A DNA stretch of 64,000 nucleotides from Vicinamibacteria bacterium (GCA_964291235.2 OZ219816.1:224001-288000); one strand, 5' to 3'. Numbered from the stretch's first letter, positions 18,929-29,205 are shown. The notes: a model not told the origin generated them from the letters alone. Numbers and translations: made by a program.

Positions 18929-20902
18929 TCAGTGGGAGACGCCCTTCAGTTCCTCCAGGTACCCGACCCCCGGCAGCTCGGTGTCCTTTCCCAGCAAATA
19001 GAAGTCGAAGAACGCCTTCATGTCGGCGAGCATTTCCATCCGGTTCTCGAAGCCTCGGACGTAGAAGTTCTCGCCCGCGTAGGCCTTGTAGCGGGCGGGC
19101 TTGTAGAGGCGCTGCAGTTCCCGGAAGAACTCGGTCATCTGCGGTGAGCCCGGATAACGCCCCTCGCCGTGGAGCACGAAGACGGGCGCCTGTGCGTCGG
19201 CGAGGTGGTAGTAGGGGGAGTTCGCGAGGTAGCGGTCCCGGTGCTCCGCGAGCCGCCCCATCTCCTTCCGCAGTTGCTGCAGGTGCCGGAATTCGCCGTC
19301 TTCAAAGAAGGTGACCCGGTCGCAGTAGCCGGACGCCGCGATCACCGCCTGGAAGGTCTCGCCGCCGAAGCTCACCGCCGCGCACGACATGAACCCGCCG
19401 TAGCTGGTTCCGGTGGTTCCGATGCGGTCCGGGTGAACGTACGGGAGGGTCCGGAGGTACTCGGCGGCCGCCACCGCGTCCGCGAAGTCGCACTTGCCCC
19501 AGCAGCCGTCGTTGGCCTCCTCGAACGCGCGGCCGTATCCGGAGCTGCCGCGCACGTTGGGCAGCAGCACCACGTAGCCGCGCTGCACGAAGAACTGGAT
19601 CGCCGGCTCGAAGCTGTCCTCCCATTGCGACGTGGGTCCGCCGTGGGTCCAGACGATCGCCGGATGGCGGCCGTCCTCGTCGCCCCACCCGGCGCCGGGC
19701 CGGTAGAGATAGGAGGGGATCTCGAGGCCGTCCCCGCTCGAGAACGCCACCTTCCCGGGCATGACCAGGCGGTTCTGGATCGCCTCCATCGGCATCGAAT
19801 CGGTCAGCCGGGACGACTTGCCCGATGCGAGGGCATGGACCACCAGATCCCCGGGGCGGGTCGGCGTCTCGAGGGTGTAGGAGATACGGCTGCCGTCCGG
19901 GGACCACTGAGGGGCGCCGATGATTCCGGACCCGGGGGCCGCGACGACGCGTGGCTCGCCGCCATCCGCCGGCGCGACTTTGAGTTCGTCAGTGCCCCCG
20001 TGGTTCTCGACGTACAAGAACCCTCCGCCGTCCGGGGACCAGGCGCCTTCCGTCTGGTCGGCCTCGGCCGCCATCAGCGGTGTGGGCTCTCCTCCCGACC
20101 GGGGCACGCTCCAGTAGTTGATCCACCCGGAGCGGTACGACGGAAAGACGACCGTGGAGCCGTCCGGGGAGACCAGGGGATAGCCGAACGTGCCCCCCTC
20201 GCCGTAGTCGAAAAAGTCCTCGTCGCGAACGATCACCCGCTCTTCCCCGCCGCCGGCCGGGACTTCCACGACCTCATGGTCCATCCAGGCGCCATCGAGC
20301 CTGACGAACAGGACGGAAGCGGAGTCGGGGCTCCAGGCGGGATAGACCTCCAGTGCGGGTCCGTCGGTCAGCCGGCGAGCTTCCCCGGACGGGACCTCCA
20401 CCGTCCACACGTCGTACTGCCCGTGACGGTTGCCGGAGAACGCGATCCGGCGCCCGTCGGGCGACCAGGAGTAACCCTTGATCAGCCGCCCGCCGTTTCC
20501 GGTGATGCGGAACGCTTCGCCTCCCTCGAGGGACCAGAGCCAGATCTCCGGCGTGCCGCTCCGGTCGGACACATAGGAAATCCACTGCCCGTCCGGCGAC
20601 CACTGGGGCTCGGCCGACGCCAGAAAGTGACCGCTGCCTCCCGTAGGGACCGGCAATTCGCGGATCGCGCCGCCTTCGGCAGGGATGAGCCGCAGGTTCG
20701 AGCCCCCCAGCAGGATCCGGTCGCCTTGCGGGGCCCAGCGCGGCGTCTCGCCACCCACGGGAGAGGTGAGCGACAGGAGCGTCTCCACGGGGAGCGGTTC
20801 GGCCGCGTTCGGGGGGTGCAGGTCCTGGCCGGCTGCGGCCGCGGCCAGGAACACCAGCAGGAGGCCCGGGGAAGTCAGGGAGCGCGCCGGTCGAAACTGC
20901 AT
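18929..20902 (-). CDS. S9 family peptidase with PD40/TolB-like propeller
   Basis: Repeated WSPDG, HGGP, PNVRGSSGYG, nucleophile GTSYGG; signal peptide. Confidence 0.92.
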   Translation of the reverse strand: MQFRPARSLTSPGLLLVFLAAAAAGQDLHPPNAAEPLPVETLLSLTSPVGGETPRWAPQGDRILLGGSNLRLIPAEGGAIRELPVPTGGSGHFLASAEPQWSPDGQWISYVSDRSGTPEIWLWSLEGGEAFRITGNGGRLIKGYSWSPDGRRIAFSGNRHGQYDVWTVEVPSGEARRLTDGPALEVYPAWSPDSASVLFVRLDGAWMDHEVVEVPAGGGEERVIVRDEDFFDYGEGGTFGYPLVSPDGSTVVFPSYRSGWINYWSVPRSGGEPTPLMAAEADQTEGAWSPDGGGFLYVENHGGTDELKVAPADGGEPRVVAAPGSGIIGAPQWSPDGSRISYTLETPTRPGDLVVHALASGKSSRLTDSMPMEAIQNRLVMPGKVAFSSGDGLEIPSYLYRPGAGWGDEDGRHPAIVWTHGGPTSQWEDSFEPAIQFFVQRGYVVLLPNVRGSSGYGRAFEEANDGCWGKCDFADAVAAAEYLRTLPYVHPDRIGTTGTSYGGFMSCAAVSFGGETFQAVIAASGYCDRVTFFEDGEFRHLQQLRKEMGRLAEHRDRYLANSPYYHLADAQAPVFVLHGEGRYPGSPQMTEFFRELQRLYKPARYKAYAGENFYVRGFENRMEMLADMKAFFDFYLLGKDTELPGVGYLEELKGVSH

Positions 20903-21118
20903 GGGACGAACCTCCCGTGCGGGGCGGTGCCCGCGCCGTCCAGCGATTCTACGGGGAGAGACCGGCGTTCCGCTGTCGTGCCCCGTGAGACTGCCGGGGT
21001 TTCCGCCGAGAGAGAGACCATCCTGGCGCTGGAGGGCCCGGACCGCCGCCCCGCTTCGCGGGGCTGTGCCGGCCTGGAGGCCGGCGTTCCCAGCCCATGC
21101 GCCGTCGCGCCGGATGGG

Positions 21119-21631
21119 CTAACCCAGCGCTTCGCGGGCTTCGCGGTCGGCTTCGCGCTTCCGGATGGTCTCGCGGCGGTCGCGGGTGCTCTTCCCCTTG
21201 GCGAGCGCCACCTGGACCTTGATCCAGCCGTTCCGGAGGTGGATCCGCAGCGGCACCAGCGTCAGCCCCGCGGTGGTCAGCTTGCCGGCGATCCGCTGCA
21301 TCTCGTCCTCGTGGAGCAGGAGCTTCCGGTTCCGCTCCGGATTCCCCTGCTCCGGAGGAGCGTTCACGTAGGGCGCGATGTGGCAGTTCACGAGGAAGAT
21401 CTCGCCGTTCCGCTCGCGGCCGTAGGCGTCCTTCAGGTTCGCCCCGCCGGCGCGGCAGGACTTCACCTCGGCGCCGGTGAGCGCGACGCCCGCCTCGAAT
21501 TGCTCGAGGATCACGAAGTTCCGCCGGGCGCGGCGGTTCTCGGAGAGCACCTGCTCGTTCCGGGTACCGCCGAAGCGGGCGCCCGCGGCGCGGAGCCGAC
21601 GTTTCTTCCTTGCGGTCTTCTTTCGACTCAT
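21119..21631 (-). CDS. smpB: SsrA-binding protein
   Basis: ENRRARRNF..LEQFEAGVALTGAEVKSCR, RKLLLH, LAKGK..DRRE. Confidence 0.97.
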   Translation of the reverse strand: MSRKKTARKKRRLRAAGARFGGTRNEQVLSENRRARRNFVILEQFEAGVALTGAEVKSCRAGGANLKDAYGRERNGEIFLVNCHIAPYVNAPPEQGNPERNRKLLLHEDEMQRIAGKLTTAGLTLVPLRIHLRNGWIKVQVALAKGKSTRDRRETIRKREADREAREALG

Positions 21632-21703
21632 GACCCGAGTCTAACGGGCGGTTGCTGAAAACAACACGGCAGCGGCGCGCAGGTTTACCATGCCAAAAAC
21701 ACG

Positions 21704-22933
21704 ATGCCCGAATTCCTCTGCCAGGTCGGCGAACCCGCCGGGGATCTGCGGCGGCTGCGCCTGACCGCCCGCGACGCCGACGCCGCCCGCCAGGAACTCC
21801 AGAGCCAGGGACTTCACGTTTTCGCGATCCGCCGTACCTCGCCCTTCGCGGCGTTCGGCCGTCTCTTCGAGGGAAGAACTCCCCTCCTGCGCCGCCGCCC
21901 GGTGCGGAGCCGCGAGGTGCTGCTGTTCAACCAGGAACTGGCGGCGCTGCTGCGCGCGGGGCTGCCGCTCGCGGAGTCGCTCTCCATCATGGTCGAGCGC
22001 ATGGAGAACCCGACCCTGCGGGACGCGGTGCAGGGCATCCTGGCCGAGGTCCGGTCCGGCGTCCCGATGAGCACCGCGGTGAGCCGGTATCCGTTCTTCC
22101 CCAGCGTGTATCCGGCCTGTCTGCAGGCGGGCGAAACCAGTGGCGACCTGGCCGGCATGCTCAGCCGGTTCACCGACGCCCTGCGGGTGGCCGTGAAGGT
22201 TCGCTCCAGCATGACCGCGGCCATGGTGTACCCCGCATTCCTGCTGACGGCGCTTCTCGGAACCGCCGCCTACCTCCTCCTCGGGGTGGTCCCGAGCTTC
22301 ATCCCCTTCTTCGCCGGCTTCGACCAGGAACTGCCCCCGCTGACCACCGCGCTCCTCGGCGCCGCCGAGTTCGTCCGCGCGCACCTCGCGGCGGTGACCG
22401 GCGGCCTGCTGGGCCTCGTGGTGTTCTTCGCCGCCTGGTCCCGCACTGCCCGGGCGAAACGCCTCCGCGACCGCTTCGTGCTCGGGCTCCCGGGCGCCGG
22501 CGAGGTGCTGCGGCTCTACGGGGTCTCCCAGTTCTCCCGGGCGCTCGGCACCCTCCTCGGTGGAGGCATGCCCCTCGTGAGCGCCATCCCGGTGGCGGCC
22601 GGCGCGGTGGGCAACCGGCACCTGCGCGGCGCGCTGGAGCCGACCGCGCACGAGGTGCGCGAGGGGCGCTCCTTCGTCGAGGCGCTGGCCGACACCCGGG
22701 AGATTCCGAGCTTCGCCCTCCAGATGGTCAAGGTGGGCGAGAGTTCGGGCGACCTCGCCCGGATGGTGTCGTCCGTCGCCGACTTCAACGACGAGGTGAT
22801 CGAGAACCGGGTGACGGTCCTCCTCAGCCTCCTCACCCCGGTCGTGCTCCTCATCCTCGGCGGTTTCGTCGCCCTGGTGCTCCTCGCGATCTACCTGCCG
22901 CTCTTCAGCCTCGCCTCGGTGCCCCAGTTCTGA
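21704..22933 (+). CDS. gspF: Type II secretion F / PilC inner membrane platform protein
   Basis: FNQELAALLRAGLPL, AGETSGDL, AMVYP, VGESSG. Confidence 0.9.
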   Translation: MPEFLCQVGEPAGDLRRLRLTARDADAARQELQSQGLHVFAIRRTSPFAAFGRLFEGRTPLLRRRPVRSREVLLFNQELAALLRAGLPLAESLSIMVERMENPTLRDAVQGILAEVRSGVPMSTAVSRYPFFPSVYPACLQAGETSGDLAGMLSRFTDALRVAVKVRSSMTAAMVYPAFLLTALLGTAAYLLLGVVPSFIPFFAGFDQELPPLTTALLGAAEFVRAHLAAVTGGLLGLVVFFAAWSRTARAKRLRDRFVLGLPGAGEVLRLYGVSQFSRALGTLLGGGMPLVSAIPVAAGAVGNRHLRGALEPTAHEVREGRSFVEALADTREIPSFALQMVKVGESSGDLARMVSSVADFNDEVIENRVTVLLSLLTPVVLLILGGFVALVLLAIYLPLFSLASVPQF

Positions 22934-22934
22934 G

Positions 22935-23447
22935 ATGCGGGATCGGAAGCGCACCGGGCTCCCCCGGCCCCGGCCGGCCGGCCAGCGCGGCTTCACCCTC
23001 ATCGAGCTGGTGGTGGCCGCCGGCATCCTGGCGATCCTCGCAATGGGGATCGTCCCGGTCGCCAAGGTCGCCTCGGTGCGGGCCGACGAGATCGAACTCC
23101 GCCGCAACCTCCGCACCCTGCGGATGGCGATCGACGCCTACCACGCGGCCGCCGGGGCCGGGGAGATCGATCCCGACTTCATCGAGCCCGACCACGAGAA
23201 CTACCCGCCCGACCTCGAGGCCCTGGCGGACGGGGTCCCGGGCCCCCGGGGGCCGGACGGACGCTCCCCCATCCTGCGCTTCCTCCGCCGCCTGCCGGCC
23301 GACCCGATGACCGGGCGCCCCGACTGGCTGCTCCGTTCCTACCAGGACGATCCGGGGCGGCTCTCCTGGGGCGGCCAGAATGTGTACGACGTCCGCTCCG
23401 CCGCGCCCGGCATCGGCCTCGACGGAACCCCCTACCGGTCATGGTGA
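22935..23447 (+). CDS. Prepilin-type (GspG-like) pseudopilin
   Basis: RGFTLIELV N-methylation motif; RRLPADPMTG. Confidence 0.9.
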   Translation: MRDRKRTGLPRPRPAGQRGFTLIELVVAAGILAILAMGIVPVAKVASVRADEIELRRNLRTLRMAIDAYHAAAGAGEIDPDFIEPDHENYPPDLEALADGVPGPRGPDGRSPILRFLRRLPADPMTGRPDWLLRSYQDDPGRLSWGGQNVYDVRSAAPGIGLDGTPYRSW

Positions 23448-23878
23448 AACGACCCTCCCGGGCCCTCCTCGCTGGCCGCCCCACGCGGCGGCACGAAGCG
23501 AGCGCCGGTTTCAGCTTCATCGAGATGGTGCTGGTGCTGCTGGTCCTCGGGATCCTGTTCGCCATCGCCGTGCCCCGCTACCAGGCGCAGATCCTCAAGG
23601 CCAAGGAGGCCGTCCTCGAGCACAACCTCGCCACCGTGCGCGAGCGGCTCGATCAGTACCGGGCCGACCACGACGAGTTTCCCGCCAACCTCGCGGACCT
23701 CGTGGTCTCCGGCTATCTCCGGGAGATTCCCGAAGACCCGATGACCCAGTCCATCCTCTGGGAGGAGGTTCGGGACGGCTACGACCCCATGTTCCCGAAC
23801 GCCGCGGTCGGAGTTTCCGACGTGCGCAGCCGCTCGGAGGAGGTGGGCACCGACGGACGTCCCTATCGTGAGTGGTGA
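23441..23878 (+). CDS. Prepilin-type (GspG-like) pseudopilin
   Basis: GFSFIEM, KEAVL..NL, GYLREIPEDPMT. Confidence 0.9.
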   Translation: MVKRPSRALLAGRPTRRHEASAGFSFIEMVLVLLVLGILFAIAVPRYQAQILKAKEAVLEHNLATVRERLDQYRADHDEFPANLADLVVSGYLREIPEDPMTQSILWEEVRDGYDPMFPNAAVGVSDVRSRSEEVGTDGRPYREW

Positions 23879-24476
23879 ACGCGGGCGCAGCCGGAATTCG
23901 TCGGGCTACGTGCTCTTCGGAGTGCTGGTGGGCGTCACCCTGATGGGAATCGGACTGACCGCCGCGGTGACCCTCTGGAGCCGGGTCGTCCAGCGCGACC
24001 GGGAAGCGGAACTGATCTTCCGGGGCGAGGCGGTGGTGCGCGCCCTCGAACGCTTCCAGCAGGACCGGCCAGGGACGCTTCCCGAGACGCTCGACGAACT
24101 TGTCGAGGGGAAGTACCTCCGGCGCGCCTGGCTCGACCCGATGACCGGCCGCAGCTTCCGGATCCTGCGCGCGGAGGACCGGCTCGGAGCCGCCGCTTCC
24201 GCGGCGGACACCGCCCGGGCGGGTCGGAAGCCCACGAACCCGGCGGGAGAAGAAGCGCGCCCGCGGGCCGGAGAAATCTCGGCGGGCGAAGCCGCCGGGA
24301 CCAGCGAAGCGACGACCGGGATCACCGGGGTGGTCAGCACCAGCGACCTGCTCAGCTTCCGCACCTACCAGGACGCGCGACGCTACCGCGACTGGGTGTT
24401 CGAGGCGCAGATCGGCGGCGCCGCAGGGGCCGAATCAGAGAACCGGCGGTCCGCCGGCGAACGGGAAGAACGCTAA
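23868..24476 (+). CDS. Type II secretion minor pseudopilin
   Basis: GYVL hydrophobic N-terminus, REAELIFRG, YLRR...DPMTG. Confidence 0.85.
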   Translation: MSGERGRSRNSSGYVLFGVLVGVTLMGIGLTAAVTLWSRVVQRDREAELIFRGEAVVRALERFQQDRPGTLPETLDELVEGKYLRRAWLDPMTGRSFRILRAEDRLGAAASAADTARAGRKPTNPAGEEARPRAGEISAGEAAGTSEATTGITGVVSTSDLLSFRTYQDARRYRDWVFEAQIGGAAGAESENRRSAGEREER

Positions 24477-24555
24477 GCGGACTGGCTGGCTCGACGGGGG
24501 TCCAGCGTTCGGGGCGCACTCCTATACTCCAGAACGTGACGGGCAACGCGCGACG

Positions 24556-24933
24556 ATGAGCGGCGGAGAAGTAGCGCAACTCCAAGGCGCTGGGGAGCGT
24601 TCCGGCGATCCGCTCACGCGCGCCGACCGGATCATGGTCACCATGCTCGCGGCCCTGCTCGGCGGCACGATCGTCGGGTTCGTGGCGATCGGCGGTCAAC
24701 TCGTGGGGCTCCAGCGCCAGATCGGCGATCTGCGCGCGGAGATGCACCGGGAGATCGGCGAGGTCGCTGACCGGATTACCCGTGTCGAAACCCGGCTCAC
24801 CGGTGTCGAAACCCGGCTCACCGGTGTCGAAACCCGGCTCACCGGTGTCGAAACCCGGCTCACCCGCGTCGAAACGCAGATCGAGACTCGCCTCGTCCCG
24901 GCGTCTGACTCCGGCGACCCGGCCGGCCCCTGA
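24556..24933 (+). CDS. Membrane-anchored coiled-coil protein with 21-bp (VETRLTG) tandem repeats
   Basis: GTGTCGAAACCCGGCTCACC repeated 4 times at ~24782-24865; N-terminal TM. Confidence 0.8.
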   Translation: MSGGEVAQLQGAGERSGDPLTRADRIMVTMLAALLGGTIVGFVAIGGQLVGLQRQIGDLRAEMHREIGEVADRITRVETRLTGVETRLTGVETRLTGVETRLTRVETQIETRLVPASDSGDPAGP

Positions 24934-24990
24934 CCGCGACCCCCGAATGCGCCAGCACTGCCGCGCCGGCCGTTAGCAGGGCGTCTCGGC

Positions 24991-25584
24991 CTAACCGCGC
25001 CGCGCGAACGCCTCGAGCGCCGCCTCGGGACAGGTACTCCGCTCGACGTATTCGAGGAGGTTCCGCGCCAGCTTGCGGGTCCGTTTCTCGACCGCCTCGT
25101 CGAGACAGCGTCCTTCCGCGTCGAAGACTTTGTGGACTCCCGCGACCGACACCGGACCGGGAAGGACGATCACTCCCACGTGGGACAGCACGCTCCGCAG
25201 ATGCTCCAGGGCCTTGATGGCCCCGATGGTGCCCGAAGCCGCGCCGATCAACGCGGCCGGCTTGCCCGCCAGCAGCGACGGGAACCCGAGGTTCTCGATC
25301 ACGAGCTTCATCGCCGCAGCGTAGCTGCCGTGGTATTCGGGGGTGGCGAACAGCACGCCGTCGGCGTCCCGGACGGCGGCCTGCAGGCGGTCCCGGCCGG
25401 GGAACTCGCCTGAGGCGCCCGGGAACGGCAGGCCCAGCTCCGCCGGGTCCAGCCAGGTCACCCGGACGTGGGGGCGCTGCTCCAGCTCATTCACCGCGAG
25501 GGCGAGCGCCTTCGAGGTGAGGTTTCCGGGACGGGTGGTTCCCAGGACGGCCGCGATGCGAATTTCCCTGCCTGCTTCGTTCAT
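24991..25584 (-). CDS. NADPH-dependent FMN reductase
   Basis: LGTTRPG, DADGVLFATPEYHGS, GKPA. Confidence 0.9.
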   Translation of the reverse strand: MNEAGREIRIAAVLGTTRPGNLTSKALALAVNELEQRPHVRVTWLDPAELGLPFPGASGEFPGRDRLQAAVRDADGVLFATPEYHGSYAAAMKLVIENLGFPSLLAGKPAALIGAASGTIGAIKALEHLRSVLSHVGVIVLPGPVSVAGVHKVFDAEGRCLDEAVEKRTRKLARNLLEYVERSTCPEAALEAFARRG

Positions 25585-25698
25585 GGTGGGGTATTACCCG
25601 GTCCACTCGAACCATGTTCCTTTTTCCCTGGAAAGCTCGCCCACCGGAGGCGGGCGGCGCCGGCCTGGAGGCCGGCCCGGTCTCGCGGTGGGCGTTCC

Positions 25699-28593
25699 CT
25701 AGTCCGGGTCCGGTCCGCCCCCGTCCGCCAGGTACTGCGCGATGTACTCCGCCGGGTGGATCGCGTAGCGGTTCGTCGCGTCGAACACCTGGTGGCGGCA
25801 GGAGGTGCCGGCAGCCACCAGCGCGTCCTCGGTCGCGAGGCCCCGCACCGCCGGGAACAGCCGCCGCTCGCCGATCGCGAGGGAGACCTCGTAGTGGTCG
25901 GAGGTGTAGCCGAAGCTGCCCGCCATGCCGCAACAGCCTGAATCGGCCACCGTGACCCGGGCGCCGGTGGTGGAGAGGAGGCCCGCCAGCGGCCCGGTCC
26001 CGCAAAACGTCTTCTGGTGGCAATGGCCGTGGGCGAGGACATGCGCCCCGTCTCCCCGGCCGCCGGTGAGCCGGGCGAGGTCCTCCCGGTGGCCGGCGAG
26101 GAACTCGTCGAAAAGCACCGCCTTGTTCGCGACCTCGCCGGCGGCCGGACGGTCGTCCTCGGGAACCAGATCCGGGATCTCGTCGCGGAAACTGAACAGG
26201 CACGAGGGTTCGAGCCCGACGATCGGAGTGCCCCGCGAGGCGATGTCCCCGAGCGCCTGGACGCTCTCCCGGGCGAGCCGCCGCGCCCGGTCGAGAAGGC
26301 CCCGCGAAATCGCCGGCCGGCCGCAGCACACCGCCGGCGTCAGCACCACCCGGTAGCCGAGCGCCCAGAGCACCCGGCAGGCGGCGACCCCGATCTGCGG
26401 CTCGAAATAGTTCGTGAAGGTGTCGGGGAAGAGCGCCACCTCACCCCGCGGCGACGGCGGCTGGGAGGCGGCTTCGACCTCCCGGAACCAGCGCTCGAAG
26501 GGCCGGCGCGCCAGCTTCGGGAGGCTGCGGCGGCGGTCGAAGCCGATGGTCCGGGACAGCAGCGCGGCAGCCCAGCCCCGCCGTTCGGCAAAGCGGGTGA
26601 GGGGCCCGAACCGGCTCCCCCAGCGGGCCAGCACCTCCGGCGCTCCGAAGAGCCGGTCCGCGAGGGGCCGCTTGCGGTCCCGGTAGTAGCGGTGCAGGAA
26701 ATCGGACTTGAGGCGGGCCATGTCCACCCCGGACGGGCACTCGGCCTTGCACGCCTTGCAGGCCAGGCAGAGATCGAGCGCCCCGAGCACCCGGTCCTCG
26801 GACTCCCGCTCCGGCGGCAGCCGTCCGTCGAGGAGCGCCCGCAGCAGGTTGGCGCGGCCCCGGGTGGAGTGCTCCTCCTCCTTCGTCGCCATGAACGAGG
26901 GGCACATCGTCCCCACCAGTTCCTTGCGGCAGACCCCGGCCCCGTTGCATAGCTCGACGGCGCCGGCGAATCCGCCGTGCCGCTGGTACGGATAGACCAC
27001 CGGCAGTTCTTCGGCCCGGTACCCCTCCCCGTAGCGCAGGTTGTCGGTCATGGCGGGCGCGTTCACCACCTTCCCGGGATTCATGATCCCGGCCGGGTCG
27101 AACGCCGCCTTCAGCCGCTGGAACGCCCGGTACACCTGCGGCCCGAAGACCTTCTCGTTGAAATGGCTGCGCGCCAGCCCGTCGCCGTGCTCGCCGCTCA
27201 TGGCGCCCCCGAAATCGAGCACCAGGTCGCAGATTTCCCGGGCGAGGGTGTCCATCTTCCGGATCTCGGCCGGGTCCTTCAGGTTGATGAGCGGGCGGAT
27301 GTGGAGGCAGCCGGCGCCGGCGTGCGCGTAGAAGCTGCCCTCGGTGTTCCGGCCGGACAGGATTTCCTCGAACCCGCGGATGAACTCGGGCAGCCGCGAT
27401 GGCTCCACCGCGGTGTCCTCGACGAAGGCGATGGGCTTCTTGTCCCCGGGGAGGCTCAGGAGGAGCGGCAGCGCCGCCTTCCGGACCGCCCAGACGTTCT
27501 TCTGGTCCGCGGGATCCAGCATCCGCAGGTGGGGACGGCCCTGATTGCCCAGCCGGCGTTCGAGGTCGGCCAGCTTCGCGACCACTTCCCCCCGGCTCGA
27601 TCCCGCGAACTCGACGAGGATGAGCGCCCCGGGCTCGCCCTCGACGAAGTGGAGCCGCCGCGAATACTCGAGGGACTCGCGGGCGAGTTCCATGACCATC
27701 CGGTCCACCAGTTCCACCGCGGTCGGCCGGAGTTCGAGCGCCACCACCCCCGCCTCGAGCGCCGGGAGCAGGCCGTCGAAGTGGAGGACCGCGAGCCCCA
27801 CCGCCGGCGGAAGCTGGTAGAGCTTCACCCGGGCCTCCACCACGGTTCCGAGCGTTCCCTCGGAGCCGACGACCAGGTGCGCGAGGTTCACTCCCGCCGG
27901 GTCGAGAAGCACGTCGAGGTTGTAGCCGGACACCCGCCGCGGGATGCGCGGGAACCGCTCCCGGATTTCGTCCGCGTACTCGTCCCGCAGCGCGAGCAGC
28001 TCGCGGAGCACCGGGGCCAGCGGCCCCTTGCCCCGCGCCCGGCGCCGGATGTCCTCCCAGCTCAGCCAGCAGAGACGCTCGCAGCTCCCGTCGGGGAGCA
28101 CCACGGTGGCGTCGATCACGTTCTCCACCGTCTTCCCGTACACGAGCGAGCGGGCGCCGGCCGAGTTGTTGCCGATCATCCCGCCGAGATTCGCCCGGTT
28201 CGAGGTGGAGGTCTCGGGGCCGAAACGGAGCCCGAGGGGGGCGAGCGCGGCGCCGAAGGCGTCCTGCACCACACCCGGCTGCACCCGCGCCCACTGCTCC
28301 TCCCGGTTGATCTCCAGGACGCTGCGGAAGTGGACCGACAGGTCGAGCACCACCGCTTCGCCGACCGCCTGTCCGGCGAGCGAGGTCCCGCCCCCCCGCG
28401 GCAGCACCGGGGCGCCCGCCTCCGCCGCCACCCGCACCGCCTCCGCCACGTCCGCGGTGTGGCGGGGAATCACCACCCCGAGCGGCTCGATCTGGTAGAT
28501 GCTGGCGTCGTTCGAATAGAGGATGCGGCTGGCGCGATCGAAACGCACATCCCCCTCGATGCGGTTCGCAAGTTCGCGCGCCAGCTCGCCCAT
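25699..28593 (-). CDS. FAD-linked oxidase with Fe-S and CCG domains (YdiJ/GlcD-like)
   Basis: PRGGGTSLAGQ, GSEGTL, SGEHGDG, CLACKACKAECP, HGHCH, CCGMAG. Confidence 0.92.
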   Translation of the reverse strand: MGELARELANRIEGDVRFDRASRILYSNDASIYQIEPLGVVIPRHTADVAEAVRVAAEAGAPVLPRGGGTSLAGQAVGEAVVLDLSVHFRSVLEINREEQWARVQPGVVQDAFGAALAPLGLRFGPETSTSNRANLGGMIGNNSAGARSLVYGKTVENVIDATVVLPDGSCERLCWLSWEDIRRRARGKGPLAPVLRELLALRDEYADEIRERFPRIPRRVSGYNLDVLLDPAGVNLAHLVVGSEGTLGTVVEARVKLYQLPPAVGLAVLHFDGLLPALEAGVVALELRPTAVELVDRMVMELARESLEYSRRLHFVEGEPGALILVEFAGSSRGEVVAKLADLERRLGNQGRPHLRMLDPADQKNVWAVRKAALPLLLSLPGDKKPIAFVEDTAVEPSRLPEFIRGFEEILSGRNTEGSFYAHAGAGCLHIRPLINLKDPAEIRKMDTLAREICDLVLDFGGAMSGEHGDGLARSHFNEKVFGPQVYRAFQRLKAAFDPAGIMNPGKVVNAPAMTDNLRYGEGYRAEELPVVYPYQRHGGFAGAVELCNGAGVCRKELVGTMCPSFMATKEEEHSTRGRANLLRALLDGRLPPERESEDRVLGALDLCLACKACKAECPSGVDMARLKSDFLHRYYRDRKRPLADRLFGAPEVLARWGSRFGPLTRFAERRGWAAALLSRTIGFDRRRSLPKLARRPFERWFREVEAASQPPSPRGEVALFPDTFTNYFEPQIGVAACRVLWALGYRVVLTPAVCCGRPAISRGLLDRARRLARESVQALGDIASRGTPIVGLEPSCLFSFRDEIPDLVPEDDRPAAGEVANKAVLFDEFLAGHREDLARLTGGRGDGAHVLAHGHCHQKTFCGTGPLAGLLSTTGARVTVADSGCCGMAGSFGYTSDHYEVSLAIGERRLFPAVRGLATEDALVAAGTSCRHQVFDATNRYAIHPAEYIAQYLADGGGPDPD

Positions 28594-28652
28594 GGGTCGG
28601 GGAGGGTACATGGGGAACCGGCAAGGAGCGCCAGGAGCGCCCGCCTCCGGCC

Positions 28653-29070
28653 AGGAGCGCCAGCCTCCGGCTGGCATCGCCGAGCGCAGCGAGGCGAAAC
28701 TCGCAAACCTGCTCATGCCCTGCGTCCCGGACCCGTTCCGTGACGGCGAAAACCCCAACGCCCAGGAGCGCCGGCCTCCGGCCGGCATCGCCGAGCGCAG
28801 CGAGGCGAAACTCCCGTAGCTCGCTCGCCAGGATGGCGCTGCGCCCAGCGGAATGGCGCAGCGTCACTCCTGCGGCGCTCGAGCGCTACGCCGTCATCGT
28901 TTGGGTCGCCGCCATCCGGGCTGACTAGGTCAGGGAGTTTCGCTCCGCTGCGCGGAGCGATGCCGGCCGGAGGCCGGCGCTCCTATGCGTTCGCGACACC
29001 GAGACTGCTGGGGTACGCGCCGCCGCCCGCCTGCGGCGGGCTGTGCCGGTGTGGACACCGGCGTTCCCTG
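28653..29070. repeat. Cluster of REP-like palindromes (GGAGCGCCGGCCTCCGGCCGGCA family) in direct and inverted orientation
   Basis: Copies at ~28653, 28763, 28933-28985 (inverted) and 29044. Confidence 0.8.
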
Positions 29071-29205
29071 TCCTGCGCACCAACTGGCTGAGCAGGGAAG
29101 CGAGCACTTCACCCCCCGCCGTGGGGGTTTTCCACGTATTCCACAACACGGTTTTCCACACCGGTGTGGAAATGTGGAAAACTCGGGCGCCGGACTCTTC
29201 GGCGA

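Noticed and set aside
20903-21703. tmRNA (ssrA) beside smpB
   Set aside because: No tRNA-like ends or tag ORF. The spacers consist of REP-like repeats and promoter sequence.
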